This document shows, piece by piece, positions 35,166 through 44,235 of a stretch of DNA of 64,000 nt. The stretch's first letter is position 1. Each line of letters opens with the position of its first letter. The translations under genes and the position numbers were made by a program. The DNA comes from Chloroflexota bacterium (GTDB lineage Bacteria > Chloroflexota > Dehalococcoidia > Dehalococcoidales > UBA2162), in the NCBI GenBank assembly GCA_043804635.1, contig JAZDIU010000079.1, forward strand, positions 1,125 through 65,124, read 5' to 3'. Under the pieces are notes generated by a model. It saw only the letters and a list, made by a program, of their open reading frames with translations. It did not search any database and was not told the origin of the DNA.

Positions 35166-36095
35166 ATGACGGTAAAAACTTTTCGAGAGACACTTAAAGC
35201 AGGCCGTTTTATAGTTACCGCCGAGGTGGGGTCGATAAAGGGTTCGGACACCACCCGAATGATAGAGAATATCGGGTTGCTCTATGACAAAGTGCACGCC
35301 CTGAATGCAACCGATAACAAAAGCTCCGTGATGCGCTTTCCTTCTCTCGGGACTTGCCTTCTGGTTAAAGACCTTGGCGGAGAGCCGATACTGGATGTGG
35401 TTTGCCGCGACCGAAACCGTCTGGCAATTCAGGCCGACCTCCTTTTTGCCTGGTCCCGGGGCATTACTAATGTCCTATGCCTTACCGGCGACTCGATTGA
35501 ATTCGGCGATGATAAACAAGCCAAACCGGTCTTCGACCTTGATTGCTCGCAACTTATCAGCCTCGTAAAAGCACTGAACTCCGGCAAGGATATGGCGGGT
35601 AATGAACTGACCGGCGGTACAGATTTCTGTATCGGTGTAACGGCAACATCTAAGCTTGATGAACCCCAGCAAGCTAAACTCCAGAAAAAACTACAAGAGG
35701 GCATAGACTTCATCCTGATGCAAGCAGCTTATGATATTGACGAACTCAAACGGCTGATGGCTTTCGTCAGGAAGTCGGATGGGAAGGTGAAAGTTATTGT
35801 CGGCATTATGCCGCTAGTCAGTGTAGCGATGGGCAATTATATGAATTCTAATGTGCCCGGTATTTTTGTTCCTCGTCAGATACTCGAAAAGATGGCTGAA
35901 GCCCCGAGGGGCAAAGCTATCTCCACCGGAATAGAGCTGGCGATGAAAATGATAAAACAATTAAAGGAAGAGAAAATCTGTGACGGCGTTCACATTATGT
36001 TCCCCGGCCACGAGGAACGTATTCCTGAAATAATCGAGGCCGCAGGATTATCGGAAAGGGAAGTCACTAGTGGAGACAAGAAAGTCGCTGCCTAA
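35166..36095 (+). CDS. Methylenetetrahydrofolate reductase-like protein (MetF paralog without an adjacent MetV)
   Basis: 309 aa. Alignable by eye along its length with the MetF at 43091 (FIVTAEVG/FVITAEAG, VCRDRNRLAIQADLL/TCRDRNRIALQSDLL, CLTGD/ALTGD). Confidence 0.8.
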   Translation: MTVKTFRETLKAGRFIVTAEVGSIKGSDTTRMIENIGLLYDKVHALNATDNKSSVMRFPSLGTCLLVKDLGGEPILDVVCRDRNRLAIQADLLFAWSRGITNVLCLTGDSIEFGDDKQAKPVFDLDCSQLISLVKALNSGKDMAGNELTGGTDFCIGVTATSKLDEPQQAKLQKKLQEGIDFILMQAAYDIDELKRLMAFVRKSDGKVKVIVGIMPLVSVAMGNYMNSNVPGIFVPRQILEKMAEAPRGKAISTGIELAMKMIKQLKEEKICDGVHIMFPGHEERIPEIIEAAGLSEREVTSGDKKVAA

Positions 36096-36096
36096 A

Positions 36097-36666
36097 ATGA
36101 GGAATATTCAAAATGTTGCTGTATCGGGACCGGTTTCACATTCACAAATACAAGAACTGAGCGGAGAGAAAATCTCCACCTGTTTCCAATGCGAAAAATG
36201 CACCAACGGCTGTCCGTTGACCTTTGCGATGGATATTCTTCCCCATCGCGTTATGCACTCCATTCAGCTAGGGTTAGCTGACGAAGTCCTCAATAGCGAT
36301 ACTATCTGGGTCTGTGCTTCCTGCGAAACCTGCACCGCCCGCTGTCCTAATGATATCGATATCGCCCACGTTATGGATACGCTCAGACAAATGTCTACTG
36401 AGAGAGGTGTGAAGGCTTCTCAGAAGCAAGCTCCGGTTTTCCACAATGTGTTTCTTTCGAGTATAAAAAGATTCGGGCGTCTTCACGAAGCAACGATGGC
36501 TCTTGAATATGCCCTCAAGAGTGAAGGAGTTAAAGGCGTCCGTAAACAGTCCGGGCTGGGTCTGGAAATGATGCGTAAGGGTAAGATTCGACTTATGCCT
36601 AACTTAGGGGGAGGCAATCGGGTCAAAGACGTCTTCCGCAGGGCGGAGAGGAAGAAGCAACGATGA
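36097..36666 (+). CDS. hdrC: Heterodisulfide reductase subunit C-like (2x[4Fe-4S])
   Basis: CFQCEKCTNGCP and CASCETCTARCP. Start trimmed to ATG 36097, just after the metF' stop. Confidence 0.85.
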   Translation: MRNIQNVAVSGPVSHSQIQELSGEKISTCFQCEKCTNGCPLTFAMDILPHRVMHSIQLGLADEVLNSDTIWVCASCETCTARCPNDIDIAHVMDTLRQMSTERGVKASQKQAPVFHNVFLSSIKRFGRLHEATMALEYALKSEGVKGVRKQSGLGLEMMRKGKIRLMPNLGGGNRVKDVFRRAERKKQR

Positions 36667-37511
36667 AAGTTTCATATTATCCAGGATGTTCTTTAGAAGG
36701 CACTGCTAAAGAGTATGACGAGTCTCTTGAGGCAGTTACCGGCGCTCTCGGTATAGAATTAGAAGAACTGCCTGACTGGACTTGCTGCGGGGCGTCATCG
36801 GCTCACATCACCAATGATGAATTGGCGGTTTCCCTAGCGGTAAGGAACCTGTTGATTGCCGATAAGATAGGACAGGACGTCCTCGTTCCCTGTGCCGCCT
36901 GCTATCAGAGGTTAAAGAATGCCGAAAAAGAACTCAAGTCAGGGAATCCGGGCGAAGGAGTCAAATACTCCGGGAAGATTCGCATAAAGCACAGCGCCGA
37001 TTTTATATGGGAAGAGTGTGGAGAAAAGGCAATAAAAGCTAAGGCTAAGAAATCGTTAGCCGGGTTGCATCCGGTGTGTTACTACGGTTGTCTGACCGTC
37101 CGACCCCCTAAAGTAACCGATGCCAGCAATCCGGAAGACCCGCAGTCTATGGACGAGATAATGAAAAGTCTGGATGCTAACGTTAAGGACTGGTCGTATA
37201 AGACTGACTGCTGCGGGGGGAATCTGATGTTGACCCACCCCGAACTGGCGAAGAAACTCGTCAAAAAACTTTTCGATATGGCTCTGGAAGCCGAAGCGGA
37301 CTGCATTGTGGTCGGCTGTCCTTTATGCCATTCTAATCTCGATGCGAGGCAGAAGGAACTGCTTCAGGATAACGGAAGTAAATATAACATTCCGATTTAT
37401 TATTTCACAGAACTTATGGGACTGGCTTTCGAAGACAAGTCGGCTGAAAAGTGGTTAAACCGGCATCTCACGGAAGCGAAGTCTTTGCTCAAGCAAAAGG
37501 GACTCCTTTAG
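36663..37511 (+). CDS. hdrB: Heterodisulfide reductase subunit B-like (two CCG domains)
   Basis: DWTCCGA and TDCCGG motifs. ATGA overlap with hdrC. Confidence 0.85.
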   Translation: MKVSYYPGCSLEGTAKEYDESLEAVTGALGIELEELPDWTCCGASSAHITNDELAVSLAVRNLLIADKIGQDVLVPCAACYQRLKNAEKELKSGNPGEGVKYSGKIRIKHSADFIWEECGEKAIKAKAKKSLAGLHPVCYYGCLTVRPPKVTDASNPEDPQSMDEIMKSLDANVKDWSYKTDCCGGNLMLTHPELAKKLVKKLFDMALEAEADCIVVGCPLCHSNLDARQKELLQDNGSKYNIPIYYFTELMGLAFEDKSAEKWLNRHLTEAKSLLKQKGLL

Positions 37512-37523
37512 AGAGGAACGACG

Positions 37524-40500
37524 ATGAGTAATAGCAACGGTAAGAAAAAAGTCGGGGCAGTAATGGTGGTCGGTGGCGGCATCACCGGCATGCAGTCGGC
37601 TCTTGACTTAGCCAACTCCGGCTTCAAAGTATATCTGGTGGAGAAGTCCACTTCAATCGGGGGCAGAATGTCCCAGCTAGATAAGACCTTCCCGACTAAT
37701 GACTGTTCGATGTGTATGATTTCACCAAAGCTCATCGAGGTAGCCAAACATCGTAATATCGAGCTTATCACCAATGCCGAAGTGGAAGCGCTGGAGGGTG
37801 AGGAAGGTAATTTCAAAGTCAAAGTCCTCAAAAAACCCCGATACATCGATGTAATAAAATGCAGCGGGTGCGGTGACTGCGTGCAGGCTTGCCCGGTAGA
37901 CCTGCTCAACGAGTTCGAACAGGGATTGAGCCAGCGGAAAGCGACCTATAAGCGCTATCCCCAGGCAATACCCGGAGCCTTTGCCATAAGCAAGGGAGCC
38001 AGACCCCCCTGCAAAATTACCTGCCCGGCGGGATGTAACGGACAGGGATATATTGCTTTAAGTTCCAAAGGAAAGTATGTCGAAGCCCTGAACCACATCA
38101 AACAGTGGATACCTTTACCGGCGGTATTGGGCAGGATTTGTCACCATCCCTGCGAACAGGAATGTAACCGCGGGGAAATAGACGAACCGCTGGGTATCGC
38201 TCCAATAAAAAGATTTATTGCCGATATCGTGCGTCAGAAGCGGAAAGAAGGCAGTATTCCGCCGGAAGAAAAACCGGCAATCGAACCGGCAAAGCCGAAA
38301 GTGGCAGTGGTCGGTTCCGGACCTTCCGGTCTCGCCTGTGCCTACGACCTGGCAAAGCATGGTTATCCGGTAACGATTTGCGAAGCTGCGTCTCAACCCG
38401 GCGGCCAGCTTCAATCAGCTATCCCTAAATACCGCTTACCGAAGGATGTTTTGGCGGCGGATATCAAGGATATCACTGATTTGGGTATAGAGCTTAAGCT
38501 GAATACTCCGATTAATGACAAGCAGTCTTTGAACGACCTCAAAACCCAGGGATATAAGGCAATTTACGTAGCTATTGGTGCCCAGAAAAGCCGCGGTCTT
38601 CCTATCCCGGGTGTAGACCTTCCGGGAGTGCTCCTAGCTCTGGACTTTCTCAGAAACGTTAATGAAGATAAGGAAGTAAAGCTTGGAAAGAAAGTGGCGG
38701 TAATTGGCGGCGGCAATGTGGCAATGGATGTTGCCCGATCGCTCCGGCGCCTCGGTATTTCCGAAGTAACCGCCATTTGTCTGGAATCCAGAAAGGAAAT
38801 GCCCGCCCATCCCTGGGAAATAGAAGAAGCGGAAGAGGAAGGGGTCGTCATCAATAACTCCTGGGGTCCCACGGAAATAGTCGGCAAGGATGGCAAGGTT
38901 TCCGGAGTTTCATTTAAGAAATGCACCGCCGTATTCGATAAAGATAGACGATTCAATCCCACCTACGACGCCAATGTTACCACTACGGTTGATTGCGATA
39001 ACGTAATAATTGCCATCGGCCAGGCTACCGACCTGAGTGTCCTGTCTAAAGATACCAAGGTCAAAACTACTCCCGGGGGATGGCTAATCGTCGACCCGGT
39101 AACGCTTGCCACAGGTGAAGCGGGAGTGTTCGCCGGTGGTGACGGTGTTTCCGGACCTAAATCGGCGGTCGAAGCCATCGCTCACGGGCACGAAGCAGCT
39201 ATATCAATCGAGCGTTATTTGAGCGGTCTCGACCTGAAACAGGGCCGGGAGAAAACGAAGGATGAGCCGGCACCAGTCCCTGAAGGAAAACACGCCCGGA
39301 AGAAGCGAATATCTATTAACACTATCCCGATGGAGAGAAGAGTCTCCAGTTTCGATGAAATGACTCTGACTTACACCGAAGCGGAGGCGAAAGCCGAAGC
39401 GGAACGGTGTCTTGACTGCGGACTTTGCAGTGAGTGTCTGCAGTGCGTGGCGGTCTGCCAGGCGAAGGCGATCGACCATACTCAGAAGGCAGAACACATC
39501 GAAATCGGAGTAGGCTCTGTAGTCCTGGCGCCGGGCTTCGACCCATTCGATGCCACTTTAAAGGGTGAATATGGCTACGGGCGTATGAAAAACGTAGTCA
39601 CCAGCCTTGAGTTCGAGCGCATCCTTTCAGCATCCGGACCATTCCAGGGTCAGGTGAAGCGTCCTTCGGACGGTAAGCATCCGGTTAAGATTGGCTGGAT
39701 TCAGTGCGTCGGCTCCCGTGATGTAGGCTGCGGGAAAGACTATTGCTCTTCGGTCTGCTGTATGTATGCCACCAAGGAGGCGATTATTGCGCGAGAGCAC
39801 GAGAACACCATTCAGCCGACCATTTTCTATAACGATATCCGGGCTTTCGGCAAAGGCTTCGAGCGGTATTACGAATCGGCTAAAAACCGGTTCGGCGTCC
39901 GCTATATCAACAGCATACCTTCGATGGTGAAGGAATTACAGAAGACCCATAACCTGCTCCTGGAATATACCGATGATGCCGGCAAGAAAGTCCAGGAAGA
40001 GTTCGATATGGTCGTCCTTTCGGTTGGTATGGTGCCCTCAGCCGGCACCAAAGAATTAGCGGAAAAACTCGGCGTTAACCTGGACAGGTTCGGGTTCTGT
40101 GTTTCCGAGGAGATGCAGCCCAATGTGACTTCACGTCCGGGCGTCTATGTTGCCGGCGCTTTTACCGCCCCGATAGATATTCCAGAATCGGTGATGAGTG
40201 CCAGCGGGGCGGCCTGTTTGGCTTCCCAGACAGTCCACGAGTCACGGGGAACTTTAATAACCGAAAAAACGTGGCCGCCGGAAAAAGATGTAACCGGAGA
40301 GGAGCCCAGAGTCGGCGTGTTTATCTGCCGCTGTGGTGCTAATATCGCCCGGGTAGTCGATGTTCCGGCCGTCGTTGAATATGCTAAGACATTGCCGACC
40401 GTGGTTCACGCTGAGGAAAACCTTTATACCTGCTCTACCGATACGCAGGATAAGATAATCAAAGCTATCAAGGAAGGAAATTTGAACCGTATCGTGGTGG

Positions 40501-41963
40501 CTTCCTGCAGTCCGCGGACTCACGAACCGCTATTCCAGGATACGGTGCAGGAAAGCGGTTTGAACCGCTACCTTTTCGAGATGGCTAATATCCGCGACCA
40601 GTGCTCCTGGGTGCACGCCACTTTTATGCCGCAGTCGACGAAAAAAGCCAAGGGCTTGGTCCGTATGGCAGTAGCCCGCGCGACTACTCTTCTGCCGCTT
40701 CACCAATCTCGTGCTGAAGTAACACGCCGGGCTTTGATAGTTGGAGGCGGATTAGCCGGACTGACCGCCGCTCAAGCGGTAGCGGCACAGGGATTCGAAG
40801 CGGTGCTGGTGGAAAAGGAAAAGGAACTGGGCGGCAATCTGAAAAAGATATATTACACCGAACACGATGCCAACCCTCAATCTCTGCTTTCCACACTGGT
40901 AAGGCAGGTGGAATTAGACCCGATGATAAAAGTGTACAAAGGAGCTGAGGTTAAGAAACTTTCTGGCTACCTCGGCAATTACGTCACTGAGATTACTACC
41001 AACCAGGGAAATACGGAAAGCATCAAGCACGGCGTGGTGATTATCGCTACCGGCGGTGCTGAATATAAACCGACGGAATATCTTTACGGTAAGTCGCCCA
41101 GTATCTTGACCCAGCTCGAACTCGAAAAGAAGCTGGCTAACAAGGCTGTAAAAGATATGAAGTCGGTAGTAATGATTCAATGCGTCGGCTCGCGCGAACC
41201 GGAGCACGAGTATTGCAGCCGTGTCTGCTGCAGCCAGGCAGTCAATAATGCCATCAGGCTGAAAGAACTAGACCCGGCAATGGATGTCACCATTCTCTAC
41301 CGCGATATCCGGACTTACGGCATGCACGAACTGCAATACCGGAAAGCGCGGGAGATGGGTGTGACCTTCATTCACTTCGATGCTGAGAAGAAACCCGAGG
41401 TTACGTTGGAGAGCGGCAAGCTGGGTGTTAAAGTAATGGATAAGGCTCTGGGTAGAGAAATTTCACTCAAGCCCGACCTGCTGGTATTGGGTGCCGCCAT
41501 TCGGCCGCAATCCGATGCCAATGATTTTGCCAGCCGGCTAAAACTGCCGTTGACCCAGGATGGCTTTGTTATGGAAGCCCATATGAAACTAAGACCGTTA
41601 GACCTGGTTAATGAAGGAATGTATCTCTGCGGTCTGGCTCATTCGCCGAAGACTATCTCGGAATCGATTATTCAAGCAAGAGGAGCCGTATCTCGGGCAT
41701 TGACAGTGCTGTCTCAACCCTATCTTATGGTCGGCGGTATCGTGTCCGTGGTCGACCCGGAGAAATGTGCGGCCTGTCTCACCTGTGTCCGCTCCTGCCC
41801 TTATGACGTGCCGCAAATAAACGAGGAAGGTGTAGCCTATATCGAAGCCGCTGCCTGTCAGGGCTGCGGTATCTGTGCCAGTGTATGCCCGCGCAAAGCG
41901 ATTACGCTGCAGCACTATTCCGATAAGCAAGTTACAGCTAAGACGGCTGTGCTAGTGGATTGA
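37524..41963 (+). CDS. hdrA: Giant HdrA-like flavoprotein (1479 aa): an HdrA module interrupted by a GltD/NfnB-like NAD(P)H-FAD module, followed by a second HdrA-like module
   Basis: HdrA N-terminus (VVGGGITGMQSALDLA, TNDCSMCM, CSGCGDCVQACP). Residues about 160-570 resemble the glutamate-synthase small subunit (CPAGCN...ICHHPCEQECNR, VVGSGPSGLACA, VIGGGNVAMDVA, FAGGD). HdrA core follows (IQCVGSRD...YCSSVCCMYATKEA). A second module from about residue 1070 (IVGGGLAGLTAA, IQCVGSRE...YCSRVCCSQA) ends in 2x[4Fe-4S]. Confidence 0.85.
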   Translation: MSNSNGKKKVGAVMVVGGGITGMQSALDLANSGFKVYLVEKSTSIGGRMSQLDKTFPTNDCSMCMISPKLIEVAKHRNIELITNAEVEALEGEEGNFKVKVLKKPRYIDVIKCSGCGDCVQACPVDLLNEFEQGLSQRKATYKRYPQAIPGAFAISKGARPPCKITCPAGCNGQGYIALSSKGKYVEALNHIKQWIPLPAVLGRICHHPCEQECNRGEIDEPLGIAPIKRFIADIVRQKRKEGSIPPEEKPAIEPAKPKVAVVGSGPSGLACAYDLAKHGYPVTICEAASQPGGQLQSAIPKYRLPKDVLAADIKDITDLGIELKLNTPINDKQSLNDLKTQGYKAIYVAIGAQKSRGLPIPGVDLPGVLLALDFLRNVNEDKEVKLGKKVAVIGGGNVAMDVARSLRRLGISEVTAICLESRKEMPAHPWEIEEAEEEGVVINNSWGPTEIVGKDGKVSGVSFKKCTAVFDKDRRFNPTYDANVTTTVDCDNVIIAIGQATDLSVLSKDTKVKTTPGGWLIVDPVTLATGEAGVFAGGDGVSGPKSAVEAIAHGHEAAISIERYLSGLDLKQGREKTKDEPAPVPEGKHARKKRISINTIPMERRVSSFDEMTLTYTEAEAKAEAERCLDCGLCSECLQCVAVCQAKAIDHTQKAEHIEIGVGSVVLAPGFDPFDATLKGEYGYGRMKNVVTSLEFERILSASGPFQGQVKRPSDGKHPVKIGWIQCVGSRDVGCGKDYCSSVCCMYATKEAIIAREHENTIQPTIFYNDIRAFGKGFERYYESAKNRFGVRYINSIPSMVKELQKTHNLLLEYTDDAGKKVQEEFDMVVLSVGMVPSAGTKELAEKLGVNLDRFGFCVSEEMQPNVTSRPGVYVAGAFTAPIDIPESVMSASGAACLASQTVHESRGTLITEKTWPPEKDVTGEEPRVGVFICRCGANIARVVDVPAVVEYAKTLPTVVHAEENLYTCSTDTQDKIIKAIKEGNLNRIVVASCSPRTHEPLFQDTVQESGLNRYLFEMANIRDQCSWVHATFMPQSTKKAKGLVRMAVARATTLLPLHQSRAEVTRRALIVGGGLAGLTAAQAVAAQGFEAVLVEKEKELGGNLKKIYYTEHDANPQSLLSTLVRQVELDPMIKVYKGAEVKKLSGYLGNYVTEITTNQGNTESIKHGVVIIATGGAEYKPTEYLYGKSPSILTQLELEKKLANKAVKDMKSVVMIQCVGSREPEHEYCSRVCCSQAVNNAIRLKELDPAMDVTILYRDIRTYGMHELQYRKAREMGVTFIHFDAEKKPEVTLESGKLGVKVMDKALGREISLKPDLLVLGAAIRPQSDANDFASRLKLPLTQDGFVMEAHMKLRPLDLVNEGMYLCGLAHSPKTISESIIQARGAVSRALTVLSQPYLMVGGIVSVVDPEKCAACLTCVRSCPYDVPQINEEGVAYIEAAACQGCGICASVCPRKAITLQHYSDKQVTAKTAVLVD

Positions 41964-41983
41964 AAATCTAGGAAAGGAACAAG

Positions 41984-42415
41984 ATGGTAGAGAGTTACGA
42001 ACCCAGTGTTGTGGCTTTTTGCTGCCATTACTGCGCCTACTCAGCGGCAGACCTCGCCGGCTCGATGCGATTAGAGTATCCGCCCAACGTCCGCATCATC
42101 AAGCTGATGTGTACCGGAAAGCTGGATACCCTGCATCTGCTGAGCGCTTTTGAAGACGGCGCCGATGCGGCGTTCGTTGCCGGCTGAGAGGAAGGCAATT
42201 GCCATTTCCTGGAAGGAAATCTGAGAGCGAAGAAAAAGGTACAGCAGGCTAAGGCGCTGCTGAAAGAAGTAGGGTTTGAGCCGGAGCGGGTAGAAATGTT
42301 CAACATCGGTGCTTCGGATGCAGTTCTGTTTGCCAAAGCTGCCGATGAAATGACGGCTAGAGCTAGGAAGCTGGGCCCTAACCGTCTGAAAAAAGCCAGA
42401 GGTGAAGTCAAATGA
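41984..42415 (+). CDS. mvhD: MvhD (methyl-viologen-reducing hydrogenase delta subunit-like) with in-frame TGA at 42185-42187 read as selenocysteine
   Basis: The track shows only 41984..42187 (67 aa). The same frame stays open for 75 more codons to TGA 42413-42415. The joined protein reads ...GADAAFVAG[U]EEGNCHFLEGN..., matching the MvhD G-C-x-x-G-x-C-H-[YF] cluster motif. Its stop overlaps the metV ATG (ATGA). Confidence 0.7.
42204..42220 (+). promoter_or_regulatory. Candidate bacterial SECIS hairpin
   Basis: ATTTCCT-GGA-AGGAAAT: a perfect 7-bp stem. The apical loop begins with G and starts 24 nt after the UGA. Confidence 0.35.
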
Positions 42416-43101
42416 TAATAGCCGAAAGAAAACAGTTTGCGCCATTGTGGGATAGTATAAAAGATTTCAAGAGTGTGCTGGTGCTGGGCTGCGGCACCTG
42501 CGTCAGCGTTTGCCAGGCAGGCGGTGAGAAAGAGGTAGGGCTACTTGCTACCGAACTCAGGATGAAGAGCAAGCTCGAAGGCAAAGAAATCAAAATCGGG
42601 GAAATGACCATAGAGCGCCAGTGCGACCGGGAGTATTTCGAAGCTATTAAGGACAGAGTCGGAGAATACGATGTTGTTCTTTCGATGGCTTGCGGTGCCG
42701 GAGTCCAATTTTCCGCTGAGGTACTCGAGCCGATGAAGGTAGTGCCGGCACTGAACACACGGTTTATCGGGGTGAATGTGGAGGAGGGGAGCTGGGCGGA
42801 GAAATGCCGGGCGTGCGGGAACTGCATACTGGCTGATTACGGCGGTATCTGTCCGATGACTATTTGCGCCAAAAGCCTGGTGAGCGGACCCTGCGGAGGC
42901 AGTAAAAACGGAAAATGCGAAGCCGGTCAGGAAAAGGATTGTGCCTGGGTTCTGATTTACACTCGACTTAAGAAGCAAAATAAACTGGATAATTTACGCC
43001 GCACGGCTGCATTCAAAGACTACACCACTCAGACTCACCCAGGACGCTATGTCAATCCGGCTTACCAGAAACCGGAGATGGAGGTTAAGAATGCCAAATA
43101 G
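42412..43101 (+). CDS. metV: MetV (MTHFR C-terminal-domain, Cys-rich small subunit)
   Basis: 229 aa. Cys clusters GCGTCVSVCQ and CRACGNC...CPMTICAK...GPCGG...GKCE, immediately upstream of metF. Confidence 0.75.
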   Translation: MIIAERKQFAPLWDSIKDFKSVLVLGCGTCVSVCQAGGEKEVGLLATELRMKSKLEGKEIKIGEMTIERQCDREYFEAIKDRVGEYDVVLSMACGAGVQFSAEVLEPMKVVPALNTRFIGVNVEEGSWAEKCRACGNCILADYGGICPMTICAKSLVSGPCGGSKNGKCEAGQEKDCAWVLIYTRLKKQNKLDNLRRTAAFKDYTTQTHPGRYVNPAYQKPEMEVKNAK

Positions 43102-43975
43102 CAATCTCAAGCAGGCATTTGAGTCCGGCAAATTTGTCATCACTGCCGAAGCAGGTCCCTTGAAAGGGACTTCGACTACGGAAATAGAAGAGGTAGCCCA
43201 CGCCCTGAAAGGGAAAGTGGATGCCATTAACGTTACCGATCAGCAAAGTTCGGTAATGAGGTTGGGTTCGCTGGTTACCTGCCATTTGTTGAAAGATATG
43301 GGGGTTGAGCCTATCTTTCAGTTGACCTGCCGTGACAGAAACCGCATTGCTTTGCAATCAGACTTGCTGAGTGCCTGGGTACTGGGCGTGGTGAACTGCG
43401 TAGCATTGACCGGCGATTTACCTTCATCCGGCGACCATCCTCAAGCTAAGCCGGTTTACGACCTCGATTCGGTGCAATTGCTGAGGGTTATCAAGGGACT
43501 GAACGATGGTAAGGATATGGTCGGAAACGAGTTGAAGGGAAAGCCCGATTTCTATGCCGGTGCGGTGGTGAACCCCGGAGCCGACACCGAGGCTTCCTAC
43601 GAACTTCAAATTATGAAGATGGAAAAGAAACTCGAAGCCGGAGCAAAGTTCTTCCAGACACAGGGTATTTTCGATGCCGAAGTCTTTGCTAAATTTATGA
43701 AGCGCGTCGAGCAGTATAAAGTCCCCATACTGGCGGGAGTGATACCTCTGAAATCAGCCGGTATGGCACGGTTTATGAATAAGAACGTCGCCGGCATCAA
43801 TGTCCCGGAGCCGATGATTGTCAAAATGAATAAGGCGGAAGATAAGACCAAGACCGGCATCGAGATTTGCGGAGAGCTGATTAAATCCCTGAAGGGTATG
43901 TGCCAGGGCGTGCATATTATGCCGATAGGCTGGGAGAAGAAGGTGCCGGAAATTCTGGCAGCGGCCGGTATGTAA
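43091..43975 (+). CDS. metF: Methylenetetrahydrofolate reductase
   Basis: The track ORF is trimmed to ATG 43091 (GGAGG SD), giving MPNSNLKQAFESGKFVITAE... Contains ...TCRDRNRIALQSDLLSAW..ALTGD... Confidence 0.85.
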   Translation: MPNSNLKQAFESGKFVITAEAGPLKGTSTTEIEEVAHALKGKVDAINVTDQQSSVMRLGSLVTCHLLKDMGVEPIFQLTCRDRNRIALQSDLLSAWVLGVVNCVALTGDLPSSGDHPQAKPVYDLDSVQLLRVIKGLNDGKDMVGNELKGKPDFYAGAVVNPGADTEASYELQIMKMEKKLEAGAKFFQTQGIFDAEVFAKFMKRVEQYKVPILAGVIPLKSAGMARFMNKNVAGINVPEPMIVKMNKAEDKTKTGIEICGELIKSLKGMCQGVHIMPIGWEKKVPEILAAAGM

Positions 43976-43983
43976 GGATAACG

Positions 43984-44178
43984 ATGACAGACAGCAATAA
44001 GAAGACTAGTTCCAGCTCCATATCCTGTCCCTACTGCAACGCTCCGAGCGGGGGAGCCTTCAGCACGGTAACTGAAGAAGATGCCTCGGGTCCTTCCAAG
44101 GTACTCTATAAATGTAACAACTGCGGCAGATTCTATACCGCTCAAAAAGTCGTCACCTGGCAGGTCAAGAAAGAATAG
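43984..44178 (+). CDS. 64-aa zinc-ribbon protein
   Basis: The track ORF 43900..44178 is trimmed to ATG 43984, 8 nt after the metF stop. CPYC...(32 aa)...CNNC. Confidence 0.5.
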   Translation: MTDSNKKTSSSSISCPYCNAPSGGAFSTVTEEDASGPSKVLYKCNNCGRFYTAQKVVTWQVKKE

Positions 44179-44235
44179 GGCGACTCAAATCTGAGTTTAC
44201 TCCTCAGCACGTTAACTACTCCGTATTGGTAACGA

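Noticed and set aside
41984-42187. mvhD as a truncated pseudogene
   Set aside because: The downstream 75 codons remain open in the same frame, continue the MvhD sequence, and end in a translational-coupling overlap with metV. The TGA falls on a Cys/Sec column. Selenocysteine recoding is the more parsimonious reading.
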